Part shown: positions 12,136-24,214 of the stretch, piece by piece
Numbering within the stretch: the stretch's first letter is position 1
Layout of the letters: each line of letters begins with the position of its first letter
Assembly: GCF_004010195.1 (NCBI RefSeq)
Contig: NW_025215289.1
Location: 32,262 to 84,357 of the forward strand
DNA from: Chiloscyllium plagiosum
Lineage: Eukaryota
Direction of reading: 5' to 3'
DNA: 52,096 bases
The notes under the pieces: model-generated
What the model saw: only the letters and a program-made list of their open reading frames with translations
What the model was told of the DNA's origin: nothing
Database searches by the model: none
Translations under genes and position numbers: made by a program

Positions 12136-12599
12136 AACAAAAATTGCATTTCCATGGCTAATCCACCTTGCCTGCAGATTTCAGATCGCAGTGCCACCTA
12201 ACAACTTGATTGCCAAGGAAGATGTGTTCATATCGCAGCCAGGAAGATTGAGTGTCAACTTGCAAAATTTTCCAACATCTGCCAACAGTCATGCAATGGG
12301 AAGAAGATCAGAGTCTCTACTATCACTACCCATGGCTCTGGAACATGCAAAAATGCACATTTCCATAGTAGCTCAGATTCCTTTGAGGGGTAGAGGGGTT
12401 GCAGTCAAAGAATCCAGTTGAGTGTGTTGACCTGATTGTCTCAAACAATGCAGTGTTCAATCACCGCTCTGGCTGAGGTGGATTTGAAGCTTGCTTCTTT
12501 GACCTGATCCTTAGTCTTCCGCAGAATGGTGACTGTGATATCAGCGACCTGCCTTTGAGCAGAGATCTTGAGAAGATGAAATCAATAAATGATTTAAGA

Positions 12600-12985
12600 T
12601 CTGTCAATACTTCAATTTTAACAGTCTCATCCATGTGCTCAAATACCCCCATGGTTTCCACAATGTCATCTCTAACCTCCACCAGCCTTACAACACTGAG
12701 AGCTCTGTGCTCTCCAATGCTAATTTTTACACGTCCCCTTCTTTCAATGATCCATCATGGTTTGCATTTCAATTTATTATCCTGTAATACGTGGGTGTTT
12801 ATTGCAAGGTCACAGTTATTGTCCATCCCTAATTTCCCTAGAAGTGGAGATGATCTGCCCTTTAAACTGCTGCAGTTCACGTGAGGTAGGGACAGACACA
12901 GTCTCTTGGGTGACCATGCCCTCAGCTATCTGTCCAGCCCCTCTCCCACCTAAACTCTGGAATACGCCTCCAGCTTTTTAATCTC
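12600..12985 (+). mobile_element. L2-clade LINE 3' relic interrupted by a CR1-like tail (about 12770-12900, minus strand)
   Basis: tcaaatacccccatgg..ctctaacctccaccagccttacaac..ctctgtgctctccaat..gccctcagct..ctctggaat resembles the recalled L2 ORF2 C-terminus. Confidence 0.5.
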
Positions 12986-12989
12986 CTTC

Positions 12990-13480
12990 TTGAAGGATAT
13001 TGGAGGGCGGTTTCAAGGTCCAAAGGAACATAAACTCAGGAAAGGAGGGTGACCTAACAGAAAGGGAACAATCATTGAGGTAGTCCATAACAAAATGGCT
13101 TTCCAGAGGGAGTTTCAAGGCCAGATTGGCAAAGTAAATAATTGCGTTCCCTGTGACGTTTCATGAGATTTGATGATCCACTATGTTATTAACATCTGAG
13201 CGTATTGTTGAAGAACTGATGGAATCTGTCTTAGTTGCATTAACTATTTGATAAGGACATTGGGGTGTACAATCATAGACTATTGGTAATTTACCACACG
13301 TTAAATTGGGGTAGCGTAAATAAATTTTATATGTCTGATAGATTGTAATACTGTACTTATTGTTTGTTCAAAAGCTTGGAATCTTCTGACTTTATCCTTT
13401 TAGGAAATCCGCTGGATCTCACACTTTGTTTACTTTAAAGAAAAATGTTACTGATCCCTAGTCCTGACTACAACTTAAAT
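12990..13480 (+). mobile_element. Probable solo LTR (Gypsy-type), degenerate
   Basis: Non-coding, with an AT-rich 3' part resembling shark LTR U5 regions; assignment is from recollection only. Confidence 0.3.
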
Positions 13481-13489
13481 ATAACTTAA

Positions 13490-13610
13490 ATCAGTTCTGA
13501 GAAAGGGTTGTACCCAGACTCGAAATATTAACTCTGTTTCTCTCTCAACAGATGGAGTTTTCTCTCTCAACGTGCTGAGTTTCTCCTGTATTTGCTGCGT
13601 TTATTTGCAA
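13490..13610 (+). mobile_element. Short hammerhead-bearing repeat (family D), degenerate
   Basis: gttctgagaaagggt..actcgaaatattaactctgtttctctctc..gctgagtttctc; same family as 14565-14705. Confidence 0.5.
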
Positions 13611-13659
13611 CTTGAATTTGGCAATGTGTTCTGGGGTCATAACTTTGTTTGCTAATGAT

Positions 13660-14430
13660 CAGTTCCATTTGCAGCTCCTCGGATATTGAGGCAGTCAGTA
13701 CCAACTGCAGCAAGACCTGATGTAATTTAGGTTTGGGTTTGGTAAGTGGCCTATACTAATCACACCACCCCTCCCCCACCTCATCCCAGATCCAACTTGG
13801 CACCGGCCTCTTGACCTGTCCATCTTCCTTCCCACCTATCCACTCCATCCTCCCCACTGACCTATCACCATCACTCCCCACCTGCATCCACCTATTGCCT
13901 TCCCAGCTACCTTCCCACAGCCCCACCCACACCCTCCTAATGATCTCTCATCCCGCTTCCCACTGGGTGCCCACCTCCATTCCTCATGAAGAGCTTATGC
14001 CTGAAACATCGACTCTCCTGCTACTCAGATGCTGCCTGACCTGCTGTGCTTTTCCAGCAACACACATTTCAACTCAGCTTCAAAAATATTGTGACTACAA
14101 GAGCGAGTTAGAGAATAGGCATTTTGTGATGCTTTCGACATTGTGACTGCTCATTTACTGTCTATTATCTACACTGTACAAGTCAGGAGTGTGATGGAAT
14201 ACTTGCCTGGATGGGTGCAGCTCCTACAACATTCAAAAAACTTTACACTCTCCAGGTAAAAGCAATCCATTCAATCAAACCCCTTCCACCATTCGATCAA
14301 CACCCCTTCCACCACCTTAAACATTCACTCCCTCCATCAATGATGCACAATGTCAGCAACATCCACAAGATACTCTGCAGCAACTCATTCAGACTTCTTC
14401 GATAGTAGCCTCCAAACCCATAACCACCAC
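13660..14430 (+). mobile_element. CR1-like LINE fragments with nested Penelope 3' end (about 13760-14075)
   Basis: tgaggcagtc..tgcagcaagacctg RT-region match; tcaggagtgtgatggaatac; nested C-rich Penelope terminus with a mutated hammerhead (ctcatga..gaaacatc at 13983-14010). Confidence 0.65.
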
Positions 14431-14564
14431 CTTACACTGTCCAATTATGTTAAATCAACTGTTCAGTCTTGGATTATTCTTTAAATAAATGAATGAGAGT
14501 TACAGCTCCTTGACCTTATGCCAAACCTGTATAATAGGGGGCCTAGTATAAGCCAAAACCTCAA

Positions 14565-14705
14565 ATAAAAGCAAAACACAGCAGATACTGGAAATCTGAA
14601 ACGGAAGCACAGAATGCTGCAGAAGCTCAGCAGGTCTGGCAGCACCTGTGGAGAAAGAAATACAAAGTTAACGTTTCACATCCAGTGACTCTTTATCAGA
14701 ACACT
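14565..14705 (-). mobile_element. Short hammerhead-bearing repeat (family D)
   Basis: Reverse complement: gtt CTGATAA agagtcactggatgt GAAAC GTT aac..gctgccagacctgctgag..tttcagatttccagtatctgc; core G8 is mutated. Confidence 0.6.
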
Positions 14706-16068
14706 AAGGCCTCAACCCAGACCCTTACATGACACCACTGCAGACACGTTGAAAGCTTTCATTCAGCTTTCTCAGTCATTCTCAGTCAGAACCCAAATGA
14801 AATAAAACCAGCTGTACCTCCATAAAAACCCTCAGAGAACATGTTGTGAAACTGAGAGAAAACAATTAAATAGGGATCAAACTTTCTCAGCAGAAGCTAA
14901 AGTTTTAAACTGTATTCACAAAAAGAAATGTTTGGTATGGAAGCAGACTCTACAGAATTGGTGTCCAAGTCTCAGTGATGTAACTCATTCACTGCTCTCT
15001 GCTCTCAACCTAGTCTCTGATTACAGCTCAATAATAACATTATAATGACATTTTGCTTTAACAGGAATCAAAATACAAGCCCTGTAAGTACAAGTCAGTA
15101 CTTCAAGTCAGTAGATGGGCAGAATGTTAATGAAATCAGCCCAGGCACAGCTCAAGAACTCTATTGGTTCTAGATTTGCTGATAACCCCACAACAAATTT
15201 TTATGCTTCTTCATATTTCTCATCTTGTCAAGAGTGACAGGATTCATGAGACAGTAATCAGGGATCACGGACGTTGGGAGCCCAGAGTCTCAATGTCATG
15301 TGACTCACAGGACAAACATTTAACTGGCAAAGGGGAGTGTATTTGGGTGTGAACAAGAGTAATGTTCCCAAAAAGTACATAGCCTGATAATGTTCCATAA
15401 TTGTCAGTGAAGGGACTTTTTTTGCTAAAGGGGCCTCGGCAGGGCGAACAGGTGGACACTATATTGATTCTGGAGGCTTCAGCATCCACAAGGAGGGCAG
15501 TCAACCAAGGGAAGGCTGTTCCTCTGGTTGTCGGGCTCTTCCCTACACATTCTGCTATAGGATGTATGGAACTGTGGTTTCTCTGGTGAAACAGATCAGC
15601 CTCTCAAACTCTGCAGGCATGAATAACACATGGCTAAGCAGCGTATGTGTGGACCCCTGAACTTGGATACAGAATGGCAAGAGCTTCAATGACATTCTGG
15701 GGCCAAAAAAGATGTGTGGCACACCACTGTCATACTGTCAACTTCCTCAGCATTCTCCTTTTTGCATTCTCCATTGCCTGTTTGCATATTTAATTGAGAG
15801 ACNNNNNNNNNNNNNNNNNNNNNNNNNNNNNNNNNNNNNNNNNNNNNNNNNNNNNNNNNNNNNNNNNNNNNNNNNNNNNNNNNNNNNNNNNNNNNNNNNN
15901 NNNNNNNNNNNNNNNNNNNNNNNNNNNNNNNNNNNNNNNNNNNNNNNNNNNNNNNNNNNNNNNNNNNNNNNNNNNNNNNNNNNNNNNNNNNNNNNNNNNN
16001 NNNNNNNNNNNNNNNNNNNNNNNNNNNNNNNNNNNNNNNNNNNNNNNNNNNNNNNNNNNNNNNNNNNN

Positions 16069-17097
16069 GTTGAAGTCAGAGAGTGGTGGTAGATGGTAAA
16101 TATTCAGCCTGGAGCCCAGTTACAAGTGGAGTTCCGCAGGGATCAGTTCTGGGTCCTCTGCTGTTTGTAATTTTTATTAATGACTTAGATGAGGGAGTCG
16201 AAGGGTGGGTCAGTAAATTTGCAGATGATACGAAGATAGGTGGAGTTGTGGACAGTGAGGAGGGCTGTTGTCGGCTGCAGAGGGACTTAGATATGATGCA
16301 GAGCTGGGCTGAGGAGTGGCAGATGGATTTCAACCCTGCCAAGTGTGAGGTTGTCCATTTTGGAAGAACAAATAAGAATGCGGAATACAGGGTTAACGTT
16401 AGGGTTCTTAGTCAGGTGGAGGAACAGAGGGATCTTGGGGTCTATGTACATAGATCTTTGAAGGTTGCCACTCAGGTGGATAGAGTTTGTAAGAAGGCCT
16501 ATGGAGTATTATCGTTCATTAGCAGAGGGATTGAATTCAAGAGTTGTGAAGTGATGTTGCAACTGTACAGGACTTTGTTTAGGCCACATTTGGAGTACTG
16601 TGTGCATTTCTGGTCGCCTCACTTTAGGAAAGATGTGGGAGCTTTGGAGAGGGTGCAGAGAAGATTTACCAGGATGTTGCCTGGAATGGAGAATAGGTCG
16701 TACGAGGATAGGTTGAGAGTGCTAGGCCTTTTCTCGTTGGAACGGCGAAGGATGAGGGATGACTTGATAGAGGTTTATAAGATGATCAGAGGAATAGATA
16801 GAGTACACAGTCAGAAACCTTTTCCCCCGGCACAACAGAGTGTTACAAGGGGGCATAAATTTAAGGTGAAGGGTGGAAGGTATAGGGGAGATTTCAGGGG
16901 TGGGTTCTTTACCCAGAGAGTGGTGGGGACATGGAATGCGCTATCTGTGGGAGTGGTAGAGTCAGAATCATTGGTGACCTTTAAGCAGCAATTGGATAGG
17001 TACGTGGATGGGTGCTTAAGCTCGGACAAACGTTCGGCACAACATCGTGGGCCGAAGGGCTTGTTCTGTGCTATATTGTTCTATGTTCTATGTTCTA
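16069..17097 (+). mobile_element. Young CR1/HER1 LINE; uninterrupted reverse transcriptase C-terminal half
   Basis: SGVPQGSVLGPLLFVIFINDL..SKFADDTKIGG..RPHLEYC..RRFTRMLPG..; tail gggccgaagggc..(ttctatg)n; 5' part lies in the N-gap. Confidence 0.95.
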
Positions 17098-17765
17098 AGA
17101 CATTAAACACAGAAGTTAGAAGAAAAGATCAAAGGGTTGTAGAACCTCTGCACATGAATTGTATACACCTAAGATGGCTCTTAAATACTTAATCAGTTAG
17201 AATGGAGATGCAAATTTGATTGATTAATATGCAAATCGCAGAATTTATTTCAAGTCTCTCCTGGAAATACCTTCAGGTAAATGAAGTAACATTTGCAGTC
17301 AGACAATGTATTCTAAGTGTAAGTCCTTGTTTGGACGCTGTCTGTGTGTTTATCTGGAATCCGACTGGCTTTATTTACAAAGTAGGAGTTTGTAAAATAT
17401 CACATTGACTGACTGTCTACAAATTGTATGTTTTTCGAATAAAATAAAATGCATCTGCTAATACAAATGGGCAAATGCAAATTCACCCCCGCAGATTTAT
17501 ATGTGCATACATGCGTGTGTGAATATGTAGGAGACAGGGGCGTGTCTGTGTGAGGGGGGAGAGAGGGATACTCTATGTACGTGAGAGAGAGTGAGGAGGA
17601 GTGTGTGTGTGTGAGTGTAGGAGGGAGAGAGTGTATGCATGCATGTGATAGAGTGGAGTGCGCGTGTGCGCGTGAGAGAGGGAGAGTGTGTGTGGAGCAG
17701 ATAGGGAGACTGTGCATCAGTGTATGTAACGGGAGAGTGTGAGTATGTGCTTGTCGAGGCGAAAA
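17098..17765 (-). mobile_element. Penelope-like element 3' UTR with (GT/GA)-rich low-complexity tract
   Basis: Resembles the recalled 3' UTR of the family that carries the family-B hammerhead; GT/GA microsatellite-like stretch at 17500-17750. Confidence 0.5.
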
Positions 17766-17807
17766 CACAGACAGATACAGCAAGTCCCTTTCCCCACATA
17801 CACTCAC

Positions 17808-17850
17808 TGCGTGGTTTCAGAGCTTCACTTCTCTGCAGCCTCTGCTCCAT
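17808..17850 (-). other. Candidate first coding exon, copy 1 (MEQRLQRSEALKPR, phase-1 donor)
   Basis: ATG followed by 43 nt open and then the canonical donor gtgagt (17807-17802); conserved in paralogous segment 50497-50764. Confidence 0.35.
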
Positions 17851-18644
17851 TTGTTGTTCATGTTACAGACCCAGATGCAGTAACTACAGTCCCCGTGCTC
17901 CATCCAGAATTGGGTCACCAAATCCTCAGATCTCCCTGAATGTCTGAGGCAGCTCAAAGCACAACCTCCAGCAAACCATCCCCAGCCCCTCCACTAACTT
18001 TTCAATAACAGGATTCAGTCAGAAGCCCCACACCTACAAGTTATGTGCCTGTTCCTTTATAATTATACTCCAGGATTTTCCTCGTGTTACTGACTGCATG
18101 ATCAACTGACAGAGACAAACAGAGGCGTTCCGTGAGCAGGCGCATACCAAGTTTCAAACACGTGAGTCAAAACAGCTGGAACATCCCTGTCCATGCGGAA
18201 CCACATGGGACACATCGGGAATTGAACAACAGCCTGACACACACCATTTCACTGTTTCTGAGCTTCACAAAGCCAGCAATCGATAAAGGAGGGAGTCAAA
18301 AACTAAGGCCACGGAAAGATACAGAAAAAAAAACAAATAACTTATTAACTGATAACTTGCTGAAAATATGGATAATGAGATGGGGGGATTGGAATAATTG
18401 GATAAATGAGCCAACAGTGGGCCAATTCACAAGAATACAAACAAAGAATAAAGACATTGCCAGATCTGCTGGAATGGTCCATTGCCTCAAATCCTGAATC
18501 TGCTTCAGTGAACCAGCCCAGACACCATAAACTGGGGTAAGGTAATGGCTAAGATGGAGAGCTGTGTAGGCCGTGCTAGAGGATCACTCCATAAACTGGA
18601 CTATCTGCACAACATGAGGAGCATTGCAAACCTTTTCCGGGATA

Positions 18645-20140
18645 TTGCAACTCTCTACCACAACCCTCTGCCTCCTACCTTTGAGCCAGTTTTGCATTCA
18701 ACTGAATTTCATATGAACCAACCTTGTTAAACAGATGACCATGCACAATGTTATTCAACGCCTTACTGAAGTCCATATCGACAATGTACACCACTCTATC
18801 TTAATTAATCTTTTTAATCGCTTCTTCAAAAAAATCTCAGTCAAGTCAGTGAGACACAATATTGCTTGTACAAAGTTATGTTGGCTATCCCGAATCAGAT
18901 GACTCATAATCCCTTCCAACAACTTACCTACCACTGACCTCAGGCTCACTGGCTTTTCCTTATTATCCTTTTAAATCCTTTAAGTAGTGGCACCACATTA
19001 CCCGACCTCCAGTCTTCCGGACCTTTACCTGCAGCAATTGATGATAGCAAGGGGCCCAGAAATCACTTCCATTGCTTCCCACAGAGTTCTAGCGTACTTC
19101 CAATAAAAGCCAGGACATTTTCCTCCCTTTGCATGTTTTAAGACCTCCAGCAGCTCCTCTGTAATGCAGACACTTTCCTAAATGTCACTACTTATTTCCC
19201 AAGTTTTCTAGCTTCCATATCCTCCTGCACGGTAAATACTGTTACAATTTATTCGTCCAGTATCTCCCCCATTTCCTGTGGTTCTGCACATGGGCAGCCT
19301 CACTGATCTTTAAGGATGTCCTATTCGCTCCACAGTTACTCTTTTGTCCTTGACGTATCTGTAGAAATTCTTTGGATTCTCCTTAACTCTATTTGCAAAA
19401 GTTATCACATGTCCCCTTTTTATTCTCCCAACTTCCCTCTTAAGTATACTCTTGTTGCCTTCAGAATATTCTAGTGATTCACTTTAAATCAGGAATTAAG
19501 AGGCTAATGATGACCATTCCGATTTTCGGAAAAATCCATCTAGGTCACTGACACCCTTTAATGAAACAAACTGCCATTCTTACCTGGTCTGGCCTACAAG
19601 TGACTACAGACCCACAGCAATGTGGTTGACTGTAAACTGCCCTCTGGGAAAGTAGGGATGGGTAATAGATGCTTGCCTAGCCAGGGACGCCCTCATCGTG
19701 TGAATGAATTAAGAAAACAACCCTCAATTCCTGCTTTCAATACCTGACATATACTTCCCTTTTATCCGTGACCAGAACCTCAACTCCTCCAATCCTCCAG
19801 CATTCCTTACACGTATCAGCCTTACCCTTCACCCTAACAGGGACAGAATGTCACTGTACTCCTGACATCTCATTTTTGAAGGCTTCTCACTTCTCAACTA
19901 ACCTCCCTTCTCTGCGAATATCTGTCCCAATCAACCTTGGAAAATTCTTAGTTAATATCATCAAAATTGGTTTTCAACAATTTAGAACTTTAAATTTTAA
20001 ACCTGCTTCATCCCTTTCCATCTCTATTTTAAAACTGATAGAATTATGATGACTTGCCATAAAGTGCTCCCCCACTGATACCTCAACCACCCCGTCCCCA
20101 CTGCCTTATTTCCCAAGGGTAAGGTGACGTTTAGCTCCTT
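18645..20140 (-). mobile_element. Degenerate CR1 ORF2 (RT to endonuclease linker)
   Basis: SLRSVVGKLLEGI..LIRDSQHNFV..CLTDLTEIF motif; many stops and frameshifts. Confidence 0.8.
19485..19720 (+). mobile_element. tRNA-derived SINE (second family) 3' part, nested in CR1
   Basis: ggaattaagag..ccatctaggtcact..cttacctggtctggcctaca..gggatgggtaatagatgc; shares its 3' tail with the LINE at 5745-6430. Confidence 0.7.
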
Positions 20141-20149
20141 CTCTGTAAT

Positions 20150-21240
20150 GGAGTGCATTGGTCAAGCAGCTGCAGCGTTGTCACTTGGATCGGGGTCAGC
20201 AGAGTCTTCGACTCATGGAGTTGAACCAAGCAATAGTTTGTCTCAGTGGCATTGTCATTGAGTCTGACAGAGGGATTGTCTGCACAAGGCTGAGCTAGTT
20301 TCCCGGTGCTATCTTATCGAACTCACCTCATTAGCTACCCACCCCACCCCATGATGTCCCTATCCTTCAATACCAGCCCGATTCTCCCACACATCAAGGT
20401 TGGAGGTACTCACCATCACCCGCATGCCCCTTGGTATTCCGTGATCCTTGGCACTGGTGCCATCTTTAAAAGGCCAATAGGCACACGGTTGAGCTTTCTC
20501 AGGTTAGAATTGCCTTGTACAGTTTACCCTGAGCATGGCAGATAAGGGGCAATTACACCACAGGGTTTGTCGACAGGGGCACGGAGGTCCTGGTGGATGG
20601 TCTAGTACAGAAGGGGACCATTCACTTCCCAGAGGAGGCCACACCTCCAGACCCAGCGATCATGGTCTGGGCTCACCACCTAGCATGCAGCAACATCCCC
20701 CCTCTCTCTCTCACACTCTCTTTCCCCTCTACTATAGCTCCTTCACTAATAGAGACGCATGGATACAACACTGTTGACTGACTCCCTCTGGACACGTTAC
20801 CATCTCCCACAACCCGCCCCCTCACCTACACCATCTCCTATTCCAGGAGAAACAGCTTGGAATAAGATTGAAAGAGCAAAGCCGGGTGGTAGAGTGCCCG
20901 ATATCCATCTCTGCACCCCCCGCGCCCAATTTACCTGCGTGTCAGCATTTGACTCTGTGAGTATCTATCCATGGGTGCAGGTCTGACAGTGTCTGCGGTG
21001 TTTAAAATGACACAATCTCTCCCTCAACTGGCCTCCACACTCTACTGCAGTGACAGCGGCAGAGGGTGATAACCTTCGAAGATTCAGTCTGGGAGGGAGG
21101 GAGGGAGAGAGGGCATCAGCTCACATCACCATTCGAACTGACAGCAGCTTCAACACATACACCTCCCCACCAAACCAACACCCCGCCGCCCCAATACACA
21201 CACACAATGCTGGTAGCTGGAGGGTTACAAATATACTTGG
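20150..21240 (+). mobile_element. PIF/Harbinger DNA transposon relic (Myb/SANT-like ORF remnant)
   Basis: From 20535, MADKG then (frameshift) GFVDRGTEVLVDGLVQKGTIHFPEE, resembling the RFSxxELEVLVDEV start of Harbinger-associated Myb/SANT proteins. Confidence 0.45.
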
Positions 21241-21589
21241 GCCTCTCTGAATGGAAATGCTCACCCCTGAGTGAACCATTTTGTCAGAAGATGAGGTGAA
21301 TTTATTTCTCATTCTGTGACTTTCAATGCTTAAAAATTATGTGAGAAAGTATTGAAAAGTCCCGAAAAAGTCCCAGTGGTGTTGGCAATGCCGCAGGAAC
21401 AACATTGCTTAGTATTAGACAAAACTGTTCTGTGCTTCCAAAGGTATTATTTGAAAAATCAAACGGCCGTGCAATTTGAGAGATTCACAGCCAAGGATTT
21501 GTTATCTTCTGAGAGAGTGAAAAAATGTGCCACTGATGCAGTGGTGCGGGGAGGCCAGCAGAGGGAGGTATCGTAAGAATCTAATCATA

Positions 21590-21690
21590 AAACTCAGTGG
21601 TTTGCACTGGGGCCTCACGGTGCCAGGCACCCGGGCTCGATTCCACCCTCGAGCGACTGTCTGTGTGGAGTTTCACATTCTCACCACTTT
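21590..21690 (+). mobile_element. HE1 SINE 5' fragment
   Basis: ctcagtggtttgcactggggcctcacggtgccaggcacccgggctcgattcca..gactgtctgtgtggagttt. Confidence 0.75.
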
Positions 21691-21749
21691 GCCTGAGTCT
21701 TGGGCGAAGCTGTGCAGACTCATACCTACTAGGTCGCCGCCATCTTGGA

Positions 21750-23650
21750 TCACGCTGACACCCTGTTTAAAAAGGGAATAAGGCCAAACGCAGAAAATTA
21801 TAAACCGATTAGCCTAACCCCGGTCGTGGGTAAGTTCCTGGAATCCATTGTGAATGATGAGATTTCTGAATAATTGCCAGTGCATGGTAAAGTAGGGCGA
21901 AGTCAGTATGACCTCAAGGGGAGGTCATGCTAATGAATCTGTTAGAATTGTATGAGGATGTAACAAGCAGGTCAGACCAAGGAGAGCTAATGGATGTTAT
22001 CTATCTGCGCTTCAAAAACAACGTTGACAACGTGCGTTACAGGAGGATGCTGAGTAAGATAAGGGCCCACGGTGTCAGAGACAAGGTACTATCGTGTGCA
22101 GAAGCTTGACTGTCTGGCAGAAAGTAGAGAGTGGGAACAAAAGGGTCCTTCTCTGGATAGCAGCCGATGACAACTGGTGTTCCGCAAGGGAACCACAACT
22201 TTTTACTTTGTACATAAACAATCTAGATGAAGGAACTGAGGGCAATCCTGCGAGACATTTAGATGATGCAAACATAAGTAGTGGGACAGGTGTCATTGAG
22301 GAGGCAGGGAGGCTGCAGAAAGATTTAAGCAGGGTCGGAGAGTGGGCAACCAAGTGGCAGACGGAGTACTACCTGAGAAAGTGCACGGTGCTGCACTTTA
22401 GTAGGATGAAGAGAGTCATGTACTATTTTATACCTGGGGAGAAAATTCAGAACTCTGAAGTACAAAGAGTGTTGCGAGTTCCATTCCAGGATTGTCTCAA
22501 CATAATCGTGCAAGTTGAGTCAGTAGTTAGGAAGGTGGTGTATCTGCCGCACAATGTTTTTGAAATCTTATATTCATCAAAAGAACTGAGTCAACTCTTA
22601 TAAAAAATAATATTTGTTTAATGTACACAATTAATATTAAAACAATAAAACGTATTATAACGTAATGTAAAACGCTACAAATTATCTTATGGTTTAACTT
22701 AGGATGATCACATACCACCCCACTAGAAGTTGACCGGATTCCACGTGATGAAGTCTTCCTGTTCTTCTGATGGTCTTGTAAGTGTTTTCCCTTTCAGTGG
22801 TTATTCTCGAGTTACCACTCTCTGAGCGGTTTTACAGTGATTTTTATCCTCCCAAGTCTTCACGCCTTTTGGGAGGGTGTGGAGGATCTGCCAATGAAAT
22901 TATCAGGTTCATTTACCCTGATCAATCAGACTCAACCAGGAGTTGTCACATTGATGGTCCAAGGGCGACATTCCATTATCCCATTCAGGTCCAACTTCAA
23001 GTGTGTATTACATGCTCTGTTGCTTCAGGTTTCTTTGCAACCATTTGTGGGTAGCTGCCGCCTGTCTGGATTCTGCAGCATGTGAATGAGCACAGAGACT
23101 TTGGTCAAGGCTGGGTTCTACTTCCCAGCATGCTTTAATCATTGTTCATTTTTGTAACTCCATGGTAAATTTATTATTGTCCATCGTAAGATTATTATTT
23201 CAGGTGGTCAATCTAGTCAGAAAGGCAAATACAGTGATGGCATTCATTTTGAGAAGACTTGAAAATTACAACAGCGATGGATTTCTGAGGCTCTATAAGA
23301 CTGTGGTCAGACCACATTTGATGTATTGTGGACCGTTTTCGGCCCCATAACTCAGGAAGGATGTGCCACCCTGGAGCATTTTCAGAGGGGCTTCATAAGA
23401 ATGGTCCTCGGAATGAAAAGCTTAACATATGAGATCTCTGGGTCTCTACTCGCTGGAGTTGAGAAGGATGAAGGTGGATCTAATTGAAGCAGACAGAATA
23501 CTGGTTGCCTGGTCAGAGTAGATGTTGGGAAGATGCTTCTACTGTTAGGAGAGAAAGGACTCAAGGACATAGCCTGAGAGTCAAGAGAAAATCTTTAGAA
23601 CGGAGATAAGGAGAAACGTCTTCAGCCTGAGAGTTGTAAATCTATGGTAG
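21750..23650 (+). mobile_element. Degenerate CR1 ORF2 (RT) split by a ~670-bp insertion
   Basis: NYKPISLT..MNLLELYEDVT..DVIYL..LFTLYINNLDEG..LRLYKTVVRPHLMYC; the CR1 register breaks at about 22530 and resumes at about 23200. Confidence 0.85.
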
Positions 23651-23855
23651 AATGGCAGTTTCTTTCCCTAAAAAACATTAGTGAACCAGGTGAGTTTTTC
23701 TTGGTAATCGATTCATAACCACCATCAGTCTCTTAATTCCAGTTTTGAATTTAAGCTCCGCCACTTGCTGTGGCAGGATTTCAACCCAGGTCACTCGAAC
23801 ATTATCTGGGTTTATCGCATAAGAATTCAATGATAGCACCTCGACGCCACTGAAT
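23650..23855 (-). mobile_element. tRNA-derived SINE (second family) 5' part
   Basis: Reverse complement: cagtggcgtcgaggtgctatc..cctgggttgaaatcctgccacagc..ggaattaagag. Confidence 0.6.
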
Positions 23856-24214
23856 TGTCCAATCCTCCACAGTGTGACTAACTTGTGCAGTATGACATGC
23901 ACTGGGATTTGCCTTCATGTTATCCTTGAGTTCCTTATCAAGATAATAATGTTTTTTTTCAGTTATGCAATTCCTCTTCGGTCTTTAGTATCTCCCTAAT
24001 TAGTTGCCACATTTCTTCAGCTGTCCTGCCTTTGACTGTTCGTTTCTCCCCCCCAGACCACCACAGCCAAATCTTTCCTCAGGTCAGTATAATTATCACT
24101 GCCTAGTTTTCACTCTTTCAATCTGAATGTGAAACTCCAGCATGTTGTGGTTACTCCTTCCAAGGCAAAGCTCATCCACCAATCCTTCCTTTTTACATTA
24201 TAACAAATCTAAAT

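Larger units (their letters stand above)
11247..12145. mobile_element. Penelope-like element with GIY-YIG endonuclease remnants, multiply inverted
   Basis: CTKHYIGQTGRQLTIRIHEHQLA on + at 11479-11548 (YIG..R..EH motif); AREFLEAWHS..INKHIDLDPIY on + at about 11915-11995; RT C-terminal part on - at 11549-11819; inverted 3' end at 11247-11478. Confidence 0.9.

Noticed and set aside
16083..17192. Host protein-coding gene (369 aa)
   Set aside because: It is CR1 ORF2 reading through into the 3' tail, not a cellular gene.
21352..21576. 74-aa ORF as a novel gene
   Set aside because: KSP...FQ...RGGQQR pattern fits a heavily decayed CR1 pre-RT region adjoining the CR1 at 21750.
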